DNA of 60,911 nucleotides, the filler included. It is 7 parts of 7 records of this genome, joined end to end, with 100 filler letters (N's around TTAATTAATTAA, not from the genome) between each part and the next. Parts side by side here need not be neighbours in the genome. Positions count along the whole stretch, not along the records: positions 7,628 to 17,285 come from SRR31147125_22586; positions 17,386 to 26,426 come from SRR31147125_22597; 5 more parts are not named here. The stretch is one strand, 5' to 3'. The notes beneath the pieces are model-generated. The model made no database searches. It saw only the letters and a list, made by a program, of their open reading frames with translations, and was not told where the DNA came from. Position 1 is the first letter of the stretch; each line of letters opens with the position of its first letter. Positions 7,646 to 17,469 of the stretch are shown here, in pieces. Position numbers and translations under genes: made by a program.

Positions 7646-9307
7646 ATGAAAAATTACAAAGAGAACTATTTATTTTGGAAAAAACAAGATTTATTGCCGT
7701 CTTTAAAACAAGATTTGGATGCACTCACAGAAAAAGAAATTGAAGATTCATTTTATAAAGATTTAACATTTGGTACTGGTGGACTTAGAGGTATTATGGG
7801 TGTGGGGACCAATAGAGTTAACATGTATACCATAAAAAAAGCAACACTTGGTCTTGCACATTATTTAAATAAACATCAATTAACCCGAGGGGTTGCTATT
7901 AGTTATGATAATCGTAAGGATTCAAAAAATTTCGCAAAAGAATCAGCAATGGTACTTGCTAAACAAGGTATTCCATCATATTTATTTCAATCACTAAGAC
8001 CAACGCCTATGTTAAGCTTTGCAGTACGTCATTTTAATTGTGATGCAGGTATTATGATTACAGCTTCACATAATCCTAAAGCTTATAATGGCTATAAAGT
8101 CTATGATAAAACAGGTGCACAAATCAATCCAGAAACTGCGCATGAAATTATTGATGAAATATCTAAAATTGATAATCCTTTTACCATAGAAACACGAGAT
8201 GATATGATCACTTATATTGATGAAGATTTTGATCAAGTTTATCTTGATGCGATTAAAGATATTAAAATCTATGATGAAGAAAAGAAAATTAAAATTGTTT
8301 ATTCACCATTACATGGTACAGGTGGTACAGTAATTCCTAAATTCTTAAAAGCGCAAGGGTTTGATGTCTATCCCTATGAACCACAAATGATCGTTGATGC
8401 AAACTTTTCAAATACAAAATCTTCTAACCCTGAAGAAAGTGCTGCCTATGAAAATGCTATTTCATATGCAAAAGATATGCATGCAGATATTGTGATGTTA
8501 ACAGATCCTGATGCGGATCGCTTAGGTGTTGCAGTTAAACATAAAGATGAATTTGTCTTATTAACAGGTAATCAAACAGCAGCTATTGAGTTAAATTATA
8601 TCTTAAGTGAAAAACAAAAATTAGGGCAACTTCAAACACATGGTTATGTGTATACAACCAATGTGACAACTGATTTAATTAAAGCAATCGCAAAAGCATA
8701 TCAAATTAAAGTCATCACTACACTAACAGGATTTAAGTTTATCGGTGAACAAGCTGAGCTCAATGGCAGCAACCATCCTTATATATTTGGATGTGAAGAA
8801 TCATATGGTTCATTAATATCAGATGTCGTCAGAGACAAAGATGCTGTACAAGCAGTATATTTGCTTGCAGAAATCGCGAACTATCTAAAATTAAAGGATT
8901 TAACCATGGTTGACTATCTAGACTATATTCATGGATATTATGGTGTCTATTATGAATACACAAATCCAATGAAATTTGAAGGTATAGAGGGTGCGAAAAA
9001 AATTGAGCGTATTATGTCATATTATCGAGAAAATCCGCCTAAAATCCCAGAAAAAGCACTGCTTGCCTATGATGATGTATTGAAAGGTATTCATGTTGAA
9101 GGTGATCAAAAATCATCATTAGGACTACCAACATCCAATGTATTAAAATACTATTATGAAGAAGACACTTGGATTGTGTTTAGACCAAGTGGCACTGAAC
9201 CTAAAATAAAAATCTATTTTGGTGTAAAAGCGAAATCGTTAGAAGAAGCAAAATCATATGTATCACAAGTAGAATCAAGTCTACTTAAAATAATTGATAC
9301 ATTATAA
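7646..9307 (+). CDS. pgm: Phosphoglucomutase/phosphomannomutase
   Basis: FGTGGLRG, TASHNP, DPDADR, GCEESYG and RPSGTEPK motifs. Confidence 0.95.
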   Translation: MKNYKENYLFWKKQDLLPSLKQDLDALTEKEIEDSFYKDLTFGTGGLRGIMGVGTNRVNMYTIKKATLGLAHYLNKHQLTRGVAISYDNRKDSKNFAKESAMVLAKQGIPSYLFQSLRPTPMLSFAVRHFNCDAGIMITASHNPKAYNGYKVYDKTGAQINPETAHEIIDEISKIDNPFTIETRDDMITYIDEDFDQVYLDAIKDIKIYDEEKKIKIVYSPLHGTGGTVIPKFLKAQGFDVYPYEPQMIVDANFSNTKSSNPEESAAYENAISYAKDMHADIVMLTDPDADRLGVAVKHKDEFVLLTGNQTAAIELNYILSEKQKLGQLQTHGYVYTTNVTTDLIKAIAKAYQIKVITTLTGFKFIGEQAELNGSNHPYIFGCEESYGSLISDVVRDKDAVQAVYLLAEIANYLKLKDLTMVDYLDYIHGYYGVYYEYTNPMKFEGIEGAKKIERIMSYYRENPPKIPEKALLAYDDVLKGIHVEGDQKSSLGLPTSNVLKYYYEEDTWIVFRPSGTEPKIKIYFGVKAKSLEEAKSYVSQVESSLLKIIDTL

Positions 9308-9315
9308 GGAGTTAT

Positions 9316-10569
9316 ATGTTTAATCAAAGAAGAAACAATTATTTAAAATACGTTGATCAAGGATCATTATCATTTTTCTTTTCAGGTGTTGAAATTCAAC
9401 GCTCACAAGATGCGAATTATCCTTTCTCAGTTGATCGAAATTTCTACTATTTAACAGGTATTAATCAATCAAATGTTGTCCTTTTAAGTATTAAAGGTGA
9501 ATCACAAGTAGAGTCATTTTTATTTATTGAACCATTTGATCCTATTAAAGCATTGTGGGATGGTGCTGGTCTATCATTTGAAGAAGTTGCTCAGTTAAGT
9601 CAAATTCCTTTAAAAAATGTCCGAGATATCCAGTCACTTGATCAATTCGTCGCTAATCTATTATCAACATCAAGACGCGCAATTTTTGGTGATATAAAAA
9701 CCGCATATCTTGATCTTGATCGACTTAAACCAGATCTACCAGATCGTCTATCACAAACATATGCGAAAAAACTTGCATCACTATTCCCATATATTTCTAT
9801 AAAACCAAATCAGGCATACCTAGCACGTCTTAGAACCGTTAAAAACGATGAAGAGATTGCGCGCATTAAAGCAGGTATAAAGATTACTCAAGAAGGTCTT
9901 CATACAATTATGGATGTCATAAAACCTGGTTTAAAAGAGTATGAAGTAGAAGCATCATTTAACTATGTACTTAACAAGCATCGCGCCATACCAGGATTTA
10001 CATCAATCTGTGCATCTGGAAAGAATGCGACAGTGCTTCATTATATAGATAATCATGATACGATGAATGATGGCGAACTCATGTTATTTGATTTGGGTGC
10101 ATGTAAGGACTTATATTCAGCTGATATATCTAGAACTTATCCAGTCAATGGTAAATTTAGTGCACGTCAAAGAGCTGTTTATGAAGTTGTTTTAGAAGCC
10201 AATAAAAAGACGATTGAATGGTTAAAACCAGGTATTACAATGGCTGAGTTTAACCAATATGGTAAAAATATTTTAATTGAAGGTGCAAAAAAACTTGGAC
10301 TTATTGAAAAAGATGAAGAGATATTAAAATATTATTATCACTCACTTGGTCACTATCTAGGTCTTGATATCCATGATGTCGGCAGATATAGTGAACCAAT
10401 TCCAGTCGGAGCAATCATTACCGTTGAACCTGGATTGTATATTGCTGAAGAAGGTATTGGTATTCGCATTGAAGATGATGTGTTAGTCACTGAAGATGGA
10501 TGTGTGAATTTAAGTCGTGATATCATTAAAGAAGTTGATGACATTGAAGCTTACATGGCAAAAAGATAA
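9316..10569 (+). CDS. pepP: Xaa-Pro aminopeptidase (M24B)
   Basis: AMP_N-like NFYYLTG; metal motifs FDLG, ADISRT, HSLGHYLGLDIHD, TVEPGLY, RIEDD. Confidence 0.93.
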   Translation: MFNQRRNNYLKYVDQGSLSFFFSGVEIQRSQDANYPFSVDRNFYYLTGINQSNVVLLSIKGESQVESFLFIEPFDPIKALWDGAGLSFEEVAQLSQIPLKNVRDIQSLDQFVANLLSTSRRAIFGDIKTAYLDLDRLKPDLPDRLSQTYAKKLASLFPYISIKPNQAYLARLRTVKNDEEIARIKAGIKITQEGLHTIMDVIKPGLKEYEVEASFNYVLNKHRAIPGFTSICASGKNATVLHYIDNHDTMNDGELMLFDLGACKDLYSADISRTYPVNGKFSARQRAVYEVVLEANKKTIEWLKPGITMAEFNQYGKNILIEGAKKLGLIEKDEEILKYYYHSLGHYLGLDIHDVGRYSEPIPVGAIITVEPGLYIAEEGIGIRIEDDVLVTEDGCVNLSRDIIKEVDDIEAYMAKR

Positions 10570-10583
10570 ATAATCATATTGAT

Positions 10584-10619
10584 AAACACTTGAAACAATT
10601 TTGTTTTAAGTGTTTTTTT
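10584..10619 (+). terminator. Intrinsic terminator
   Basis: AAACACTTGAAACAA/TTGTTTTAAGTGTTT hairpin followed by a T-run. Confidence 0.75.
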
Positions 10620-10668
10620 ATAAGTAAAATGCTAAAACAAACGTTAATATAAGTTGGAGGTAATAAAA

Positions 10669-11298
10669 ATGCTAAAAAAACTTATATTTGCAATGTTATG
10701 TTTTATGGTAACTTTTGTGTGCATGCCAAATGTAGAAGCAGATTCCAATTATCATGCATATGAAGAGATTACATTAAGTAGTGGGAAGTTATTAGATGAT
10801 TTTTCTGATAGTGAATATAAAAAATACTATAAAAAGGTTAAAAAAAGAAAATTCATGGGTTGGCGTACATATATTGTAAATGATGATGTAGATGCAAACT
10901 ATATCACTGAAACCATGTTTTCTTATTATAACGATGGTTATACACCTATTAGTTATCAATATACATTAGAACAATCTTCTCAATCAAAACTCGCACTATC
11001 TGCTAGTGGTTCTATATCAGTGAGTTCTAGTAGTACAAAAGTTAAATTTAAAAACAATTTAGAAGGATCGATTAAATTATCTGCTGATTATCAAATTACA
11101 ACCAATGAAAAAGAAACCTATGAAATAGAATTTGATGTTGATCCTGGCACACAAGTCAACCTCTATATTTATGGTGAGGGAGTTGTTACAAATGGAGTTG
11201 CAGCTAGATATTTCTTTTGGACACGTGCACAAAAAGGTGGATTTGAATTATTTCTAGTGACAACTCAATATCAGCGTTTAGAAAAAACTCGTATATGA
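10669..11298 (+). CDS. Secreted beta-rich protein with aerolysin/ETX-MTX2-like pattern
   Basis: GGAGG RBS; signal peptide ending VEA; Ser/Thr-rich alternating strands (QSSQSKLALSASGSISVSSSST...) and a VDPGT turn. Confidence 0.55.
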   Translation: MLKKLIFAMLCFMVTFVCMPNVEADSNYHAYEEITLSSGKLLDDFSDSEYKKYYKKVKKRKFMGWRTYIVNDDVDANYITETMFSYYNDGYTPISYQYTLEQSSQSKLALSASGSISVSSSSTKVKFKNNLEGSIKLSADYQITTNEKETYEIEFDVDPGTQVNLYIYGEGVVTNGVAARYFFWTRAQKGGFELFLVTTQYQRLEKTRI

Positions 11299-12074
11299 AA
11301 CATATTTTTATTTATTTAACGATCATTGTTTTATCCATGTTATGTGTTGTTATCATTAAAACAAATAGTGAGAAATTGCCGACTAAAATCTATACGGTCA
11401 ACACATATTATAGTTACGTTATTGATCATAATGATACCATTGATCTATTTTTTTATATCAATAATGATCATGTGCTAGAAGATGAGGATGCCTATGATAT
11501 CATTTATTTAGAAAATGATGATCAAAGTAAGTCATTATCCCTAGATGTTCAAGCACTCAAATACGTTGATGATGAATCATATTTAGGTGAGACATATCAA
11601 AAATATGTCCTTATGCTTGATATGCCGACACTTAATGTAGGTTTTAAAATTGATGATATGTATGCTTCTATCTATTTAATTAATGGCCAGCATTATCGCT
11701 TTTATATGGGAAGTCTTAGTCTATATAAACCAGTTAAAGAAGAAATGTCATATCTAGATTGGCAAGGTCTATCGGCGATAAAAAAAGAAGGTAGTAAATT
11801 AAGTCGTATACATGAAATATACATCACATATCTTCACTTAGATAAAACGATAACATACGTAGAAATTGGTGAAGAAAAACAGGTAAGTCATACGATAGAA
11901 GACGATAAAATTACACTAACCATAGCTGATGAGAATCAATTGCTATATGCCACACCGATTATCATTCATTATTTGGATGACACCATTCAAATCATTGATT
12001 ATTTCTTATATATTAATGATTTTCAAATTCTAAAGGAATCAGGATATTTATTAAATGGCTACGAACTTAGTTAA
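11295..12074 (+). CDS. Membrane-anchored hypothetical protein
   Basis: ATGA overlap with the upstream gene; N-terminal TM helix; beta-rich extracellular part. Confidence 0.75.
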   Translation: MKHIFIYLTIIVLSMLCVVIIKTNSEKLPTKIYTVNTYYSYVIDHNDTIDLFFYINNDHVLEDEDAYDIIYLENDDQSKSLSLDVQALKYVDDESYLGETYQKYVLMLDMPTLNVGFKIDDMYASIYLINGQHYRFYMGSLSLYKPVKEEMSYLDWQGLSAIKKEGSKLSRIHEIYITYLHLDKTITYVEIGEEKQVSHTIEDDKITLTIADENQLLYATPIIIHYLDDTIQIIDYFLYINDFQILKESGYLLNGYELS

Positions 12075-12615
12075 ACTTCAACAAGTTAAAAAATATGATA
12101 TAAGAAAATCTTTTAATTTAGATATTAATGAAGGCGATTTTATTAGTGTAAGTGGAAGAAATGGTTGTGGAAAAACAACGTTGATCAGACTGATTTTAGG
12201 TTATGTAAATCCAGATATAGGGCGTATAGATAAAAAGCAAATGAAGATTGGTTATCTACCTGAACATATTGTGTTTCCTATGTTTATGAAGGTCAATCGA
12301 TATTTTGAAGTCTTACTTAACATTAAACAAGATACTTTTATTGAAAAATGGCTTCATTTATATCAAATTCCGATGCATAAATACATTTATGAGTTATCTA
12401 ATGGAAACAGGCAAAAACTTGGGATAATTTCTGCATGTATGGGTGAACCTGACCTCATTATTTTAGATGAACCACTTGCAGCGCTTGATGAGGCTGGTAG
12501 AATCCAATTTCTTGATATGCTCCGTGCACTTAAAGATATGGGAAAAACGGTCATGATTATTACACATTATCCAAGTCTCCTTCGAGATATCGTGAATAAA
12601 GAAATAGCCTTATGA
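12055..12615 (+). CDS. ABC transporter ATP-binding protein
   Basis: Walker A GRNGCGKT, signature LSNGNRQK, Walker B IILDEP, H-loop IITH. Confidence 0.92.
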   Translation: MATNLVKLQQVKKYDIRKSFNLDINEGDFISVSGRNGCGKTTLIRLILGYVNPDIGRIDKKQMKIGYLPEHIVFPMFMKVNRYFEVLLNIKQDTFIEKWLHLYQIPMHKYIYELSNGNRQKLGIISACMGEPDLIILDEPLAALDEAGRIQFLDMLRALKDMGKTVMIITHYPSLLRDIVNKEIAL

Positions 12616-13295
12616 TCACATATGTGTTTGTTCATATGATGACAAAACAAAAGTTGATCATCTATGTATTATCAATCATCACGATGATGACGCTTGCATG
12701 TTTATTGATGCAAATCCATACACCTTACTTAGATCAAATGCTTTTTCAAGCGTCTTATCAGCTTTATTATGAACAGATGTCAATTGAGTATTTAAACATG
12801 TTTATGCCATTTTTTGTTGTAATGATATCGATGCATCACGAATCAAAAGCCTTACAACCGATGTATGCATATGTGCATCGTGATAAAGTCACGCGATACA
12901 AAATTTTATGCTATGTTCTATTTTTCTTATGGTCATCCATACTTATTATTATTCCCATATATATTTTGCCATATTTTTTGACATCATATTATCAGTTGAA
13001 CTGCACCTTTTTATTAAAACTAGTGATGACATATCTGCAATCGTTTATTGTGCTTGCGATAACTTTTATGATTATATCTCAAAAACATGTAAGCTTTTCT
13101 ATTTTAATTGCGATTGCAGCGATGGTCTATCATATGTTTTATCAAGATTATTTTCATATATATTTATTTTATATATGTCCATTTTTTCATGAAGATATGT
13201 TATCATATACATATCATATCGCATATCAAGTGATCTATATCATCATGCTTTTTTTGATTTCCCATTTAATCATGGTAAAAAAAGAGATTTCATAG
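12612..13295 (+). CDS. Putative ABC-2-type permease
   Basis: About 6 TM helices; ATGA overlap with the ATPase. Confidence 0.7.
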   Translation: MITYVFVHMMTKQKLIIYVLSIITMMTLACLLMQIHTPYLDQMLFQASYQLYYEQMSIEYLNMFMPFFVVMISMHHESKALQPMYAYVHRDKVTRYKILCYVLFFLWSSILIIIPIYILPYFLTSYYQLNCTFLLKLVMTYLQSFIVLAITFMIISQKHVSFSILIAIAAMVYHMFYQDYFHIYLFYICPFFHEDMLSYTYHIAYQVIYIIMLFLISHLIMVKKEIS

Positions 13296-13304
13296 ATTTA
13301 ATGC

Positions 13305-13333
13305 TTGACATTTAACCTTAACATCTATATAAT
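13305..13333 (+). promoter_or_regulatory. Consensus sigma-70/SigA promoter of infC-rpmI-rplT
   Basis: TTGACA-N17-TATAAT exact match. Confidence 0.9.
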
Positions 13334-13344
13334 TAATACGGTAG

Positions 13345-13450
13345 TGAAAAGAAGAGGTACCCTCTCGCCTGATGATCCTATTCATGGGCAAAGCAGTCAC
13401 AGCGTTTACGTTGACTTTAAAGTGGGTACTTAATGTACGCACTTTTTCTT
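13345..13450 (+). ncRNA. Ribosomal protein L20 leader (cis-regulatory attenuator)
   Basis: Between promoter and infC; AAGAGGTACCCTCTCGCCTG resembles the Firmicutes L20 leader and can pair with GGGTACTT; terminator AAAGTGGGTAC-TTAAT-GTACGCACTTT plus T-rich tail. Confidence 0.7.
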
Positions 13451-13483
13451 TTCATAAAAAATAAAACAAATGAGGTGAACAGT

Positions 13484-14032
13484 ATTAGACATTATAGAAA
13501 TACAAAACCCGTCAAAAGAAACTCGGACGATTTAGTTAATGATGACATTCCAAATGGCAAACTATTATTTATCGATGATGAAGGTAATAAAATTGGGATT
13601 ATTCCAAAATCAGAAGCGATGCGTTATGCTGATGAAAAAGATTTAGATTTAGTTGTTGTATCTCCTAACTCTAAACCCATGGTTGCTAAACTGATGGATT
13701 ATTCTAAATATCGCTATGAACAACAAAGAAAACAACGCGAAATGAAGAAAAATCAAAAAACAGTTGAATTAAAAGAAATTAAATTAAGTCCTACAATTGA
13801 TGTTCATGATTTCAATACGAAATTAAAACATGCAAATCGTTTTATTGACAAAGGAAACAAAGTCAAAGTCTCTATCTATTTTAGAGGACGTATGATTACA
13901 CATAGAGACGTCGGATTTGAAGTAGTCCAACGCTTTATACGTGAACTTGGTGATAAAGTGATCATCGAAGCACATCCAAAAATGGAAGGTCGTAACTTGA
14001 TTTCAATTGTTGCGCCTGCAGATAGTAAATAA
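13484..14032 (+). CDS. infC: Translation initiation factor IF-3 (ATT start)
   Basis: LDLVVVSPN, MDYSKYRYEQ, FRGRM motifs; GAGGTG RBS then in-frame ATT at 13484, the known autoregulatory infC start. Confidence 0.95.
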   Translation: MRHYRNTKPVKRNSDDLVNDDIPNGKLLFIDDEGNKIGIIPKSEAMRYADEKDLDLVVVSPNSKPMVAKLMDYSKYRYEQQRKQREMKKNQKTVELKEIKLSPTIDVHDFNTKLKHANRFIDKGNKVKVSIYFRGRMITHRDVGFEVVQRFIRELGDKVIIEAHPKMEGRNLISIVAPADSK

Positions 14033-14058
14033 TTAAACTAAGAAAGAAGGAACTCATT

Positions 14059-14259
14059 ATGCCAAAACAAAAAACACATAGTGGATTAAAGAAAAGAATC
14101 AAAGTTACTGGTTCTGGTAAATTAAAACGTGGCCATGCATATAAAGGGCATTTAGCTGCACATAAAACAACAAAACAAAACAGACAATTAAGAGGCGAAA
14201 CAAGTGTTCATCCATCAGATGAAAAAAGAATTAAATCACTTATTTCGAACATGAAGTAG
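14059..14259 (+). CDS. rpmI: 50S ribosomal protein L35
   Basis: MPKQKTHSGLKKRIKVTGSGK; canonical operon position. Confidence 0.97.
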   Translation: MPKQKTHSGLKKRIKVTGSGKLKRGHAYKGHLAAHKTTKQNRQLRGETSVHPSDEKRIKSLISNMK

Positions 14260-14271
14260 GAGGAGTAGAAA

Positions 14272-14870
14272 ATGCCAAGAGTTAAAGGTGGTACGACTAC
14301 TAGAAAACGTCGTAAAAAAATATTAAAGTTAGCCAAAGGTTATTTTGGTTCTAAACATGCATTATATCGTACAGCAAATGAACAGGTGATGCGTTCATTA
14401 GCATACGCTTATAGAGATCGTAAAAAAGAAAATCAGAATTTAGAAAATTATGGATTTCAAGAATTAATGCAGCTGCTAAATTAAATGGAATGAAATATTC
14501 TAAATTAATCCATGGTTTATCACTTGCACATGTTGAAGTCAACAGAAAAGTCTTAGCAGACTTAGCGGTTAACCAACCTGAAGATTTCACTGCATATTGC
14601 AATATCGCAAAAGATGCATTAAATGGTAATGTACCTGCTGTTACTGAAAACAAAGCAGTAGTTGCACCTAAAAAAGCAGCTAAAAAAGTTGAAGTTAAAG
14701 TAGAAGAAAAACCAGAAGAAATCGTTAAAGAAGAAGTTTTAGAAGAACCAACATCAGTTGATTTAGGATCTTTAACAGTTGCTGAGTTAAAAGCATTAGC
14801 AAAAGAAAAAGGTTTATCAGGTTATTCTAAACTTAAAAAAGCAGAACTTATTGCTGAACTATCTAAATAA
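14272..14870 (+). CDS. rplT: 50S ribosomal protein L20 with C-terminal Rho_N-like extension; apparent 1-nt deletion near 14425
   Basis: MPRVKGG...YAYRDRK; adding one A restores [33 protein letters not shown]; ends [30 protein letters not shown]. Confidence 0.93.
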
Positions 14871-14876
14871 TCTATT

Positions 14877-14904
14877 AAAACACTTCAATTGAAGTGTTTT
14901 TTTT
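14877..14904 (+). terminator. Intrinsic terminator
   Basis: AAAACACTTCAATTGAAGTGTTTT palindrome plus T-run. Confidence 0.85.
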
Positions 14905-14975
14905 ATGCTTAAATTTTCATTGTTTCTAAATATGTTAGAAAAACTAGTTCATTTCTTTAAAAAAGTTAACTTTCA

Positions 14976-15009
14976 TGAAAACATTTACATTAAATTGTAA
15001 ACGTTTACT
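14976..15009 (+). promoter_or_regulatory. Two cre-like (CcpA/LacI-family) operator candidates upstream of adhE
   Basis: TGAAAACATTTACA (14976-14989) and TGTAAACGTTTACT (14996-15009). Confidence 0.5.
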
Positions 15010-15082
15010 GCCGTTTTATATCTTGTATTGTATTTATAACTTTGATAAATTGAAAGTAACAAAACTCGAAAGGAAACTTAAT

Positions 15083-17285
15083 ATGGAAAAGAACATCCAA
15101 GGGACTACTACGTCCAACATTGATGGTCTTGTGTCAAACGCTCTTACTGCGCTTGAGTCTTTTTATGCATTAACTCAAACGCAAATAGACTATATCATTG
15201 CAAAAGTTTCTGTTGCTGCTCTAGAAGCACACGGAAGTCTAGCACTTGATGCAGTCAACGAAACAAAAAGAGGTGTTTTTGAAGACAAGGCAACAAAAAA
15301 TTTATTTGCAGTTGAGTATGTCGTAAATCACATTAGACATATGAAAACAGTTGGTATTATTGATGAAGATGAGGTCAGTGGGATTACCACAATCGCAGAT
15401 CCTGTAGGCGTACTATGTGGTATTGTACCTGTGACAAATCCAACATCAACAACATTATTTAAGGCTATTATTGCATTAAAAACAAGAAATCCAATTATCT
15501 TCTCATTTCATCCAGCAGCGATTTCTTGTTCTATAAAAGCTGCTAAGGTAGTCTATGATGCAGCGGTAGAAGCAGGTGCACCTAAACATTGTATACAGTG
15601 GATAGAAAAATCATCCATGGAAGCAACTCATAGTCTGATGAACCATGATGGTGTTAGTCTTATTCTAGCAACAGGTGGTAATCAAATGGTTAAATCCGCA
15701 TATTCATGTGGTAAACCCGCACTAGGAGTTGGAGCTGGCAATGTACCTGCATACATTCATAAATCTGCGCATTTAAAACAAGCAGTAAATGATGTCATAA
15801 TGTCGAAATCATTTGATAATGGCATGGTTTGTGCATCTGAACAAGGCTGCTTTATTGATCAAGAAATATATAAAGAAGCTATAAAACGATTTGAACAATT
15901 TGGTACATACATGCTCTCTGAAGAAGAAAAATTAAAATTAATGAGCTATGCATTTGGTGTCTCATCATATAAAGAGGGAAGTAACGCTAAATTAAATGCT
16001 GACATTGTTGGTAAATCTGCTGTTGAACTTGCAAATAAGGTCGGTATTAAAGTACCTGAACACACAACAATTTTAGGTGTTAAATGTGATGAAGTTGGCG
16101 AAATAGAGCCATTTAGTAGAGAAAAATTATCACCGATTTTAGCATTCTATGAAGTTAGAGATGATCATGATGGTATCTTAAAAGCGAAACAAATGGTTGA
16201 ATTTAATGGTTTAGGTCATAGTGCTTGTATTCATGCAAATGATGACGAAATAGTTAAACGATTTGGTATCGCGATGAAGGCCATTCGAATCATTCATAAT
16301 TCACCAACAACATTTGGTGGCATTGGTCAAGTATATAATCAATTCATTCCTTCACTTACACTTGGGTGTGGTTCTTATGGAAAAAACTCTGTCGGAGATA
16401 ATGTAAGTGCATCACACTTATTAAACTTTAAAAAGATAGGAAGAAGGAAAAATAATATGCAATGGTTTAAAATACCATCTAAAATATACTTTGAACGTGA
16501 CGCAGTTGAGTATTTGCGTCAAATGAGAGATGTGCACAAAGTATTTATTGTCACAGATAGAATGATGGTTGATCTTGGATATATTAAAAAAGTTACTGAT
16601 CAATTAAACCTACGAAGAAACCATGTTTCAGTGCAACTATTTTGTGATGTAGAGCCTGATCCATCTATTGACACAGTTAGAAAAGGTTATGACATTATGC
16701 GTAGTTTTGAACCAGATACAATTATTGCGATTGGTGGTGGTTCACCGATGGATGCAGCAAAAGCCATGTGGTTATTCTATGAGCATCCAGAAGTTAATTT
16801 TAATGACTTAAAACAAAAATTTATGGATATTAGAAAACGTGCGTTTAGATATCCTGAATTAGGTAAAAAAAGTTCACTCGTATGTATTCCTACAACATCA
16901 GGTACTGGTAGTGAGGTAACACCTTTTGCGGTTATTACAGATAAAAAAGAGAATAAAAAATATCCACTTGCTGATTATTCATTAACACCAACGGTTGCTA
17001 TTGTTGATCCAGCATTTGCTATGACACAACCTAAAACAGTGACCGCAGATACTGGTATGGATGTTTTAACACATGCCATAGAATCATATGTTTCAACGCT
17101 TGCAAATGATTATACAGATGCACTTGCTCTTTCTGCTATTGATATGGTATTTAAATATTTAAAACAAGCAGTCGATCATGGCGATGATTTTGAAGCAAGA
17201 GAAAAGATGCATAATGCATCGACAATGGCTGGTATGGCATTTGGTAATGCATTTTTAGGTATTTGTCACTCAATGGCACATAAAA
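15083..17285 (+). CDS. adhE: Bifunctional aldehyde-alcohol dehydrogenase, 3'-truncated by contig end
   Basis: PVTNPTST, GVGAGN, CASEQ, TLGCGSYG, GGGSPMD, TTSGTGSE, CHSMAHK; GAAAGGA RBS before ATG 15083. Confidence 0.96.
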
Positions 17286-17385
17286 NNNNNNNNNNNNNNN
17301 NNNNNNNNNNNNNNNNNNNNNNNNNNNNNTTAATTAATTAANNNNNNNNNNNNNNNNNNNNNNNNNNNNNNNNNNNNNNNNNNNN
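17286..17385. other. Artificial contig spacer
   Basis: N/TTAATTAATTAA/N. Confidence 0.99.
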
Positions 17386-17410
17386 AGACGGAGCATTGCT
17401 CCGTCTCTAC
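17386..17410 (-). repeat. GTAG-type REP-like palindrome
   Basis: Minus strand GTAG-AGACGGAGC-AAT-GCTCCGTCT at the contig edge. Confidence 0.55.
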
Positions 17411-17469
17411 CATTTACGTTTATTCTTTTAATGACGTCTCACGTTTTACGATTTACGTCTCACGTATAT

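Noticed and set aside
13433-13483. ATG start of infC given in the ORF track
   Set aside because: Lies within the leader terminator; the RBS points to ATT 13484
14272-14484. rplT as a pseudogene or naturally split gene
   Set aside because: Essential gene restored by one A in a homopolymer, matching the window-wide error pattern
14975-15082. N-terminal extension of AdhE
   Set aside because: Overlaps the regulatory region; RBS supports ATG 15083
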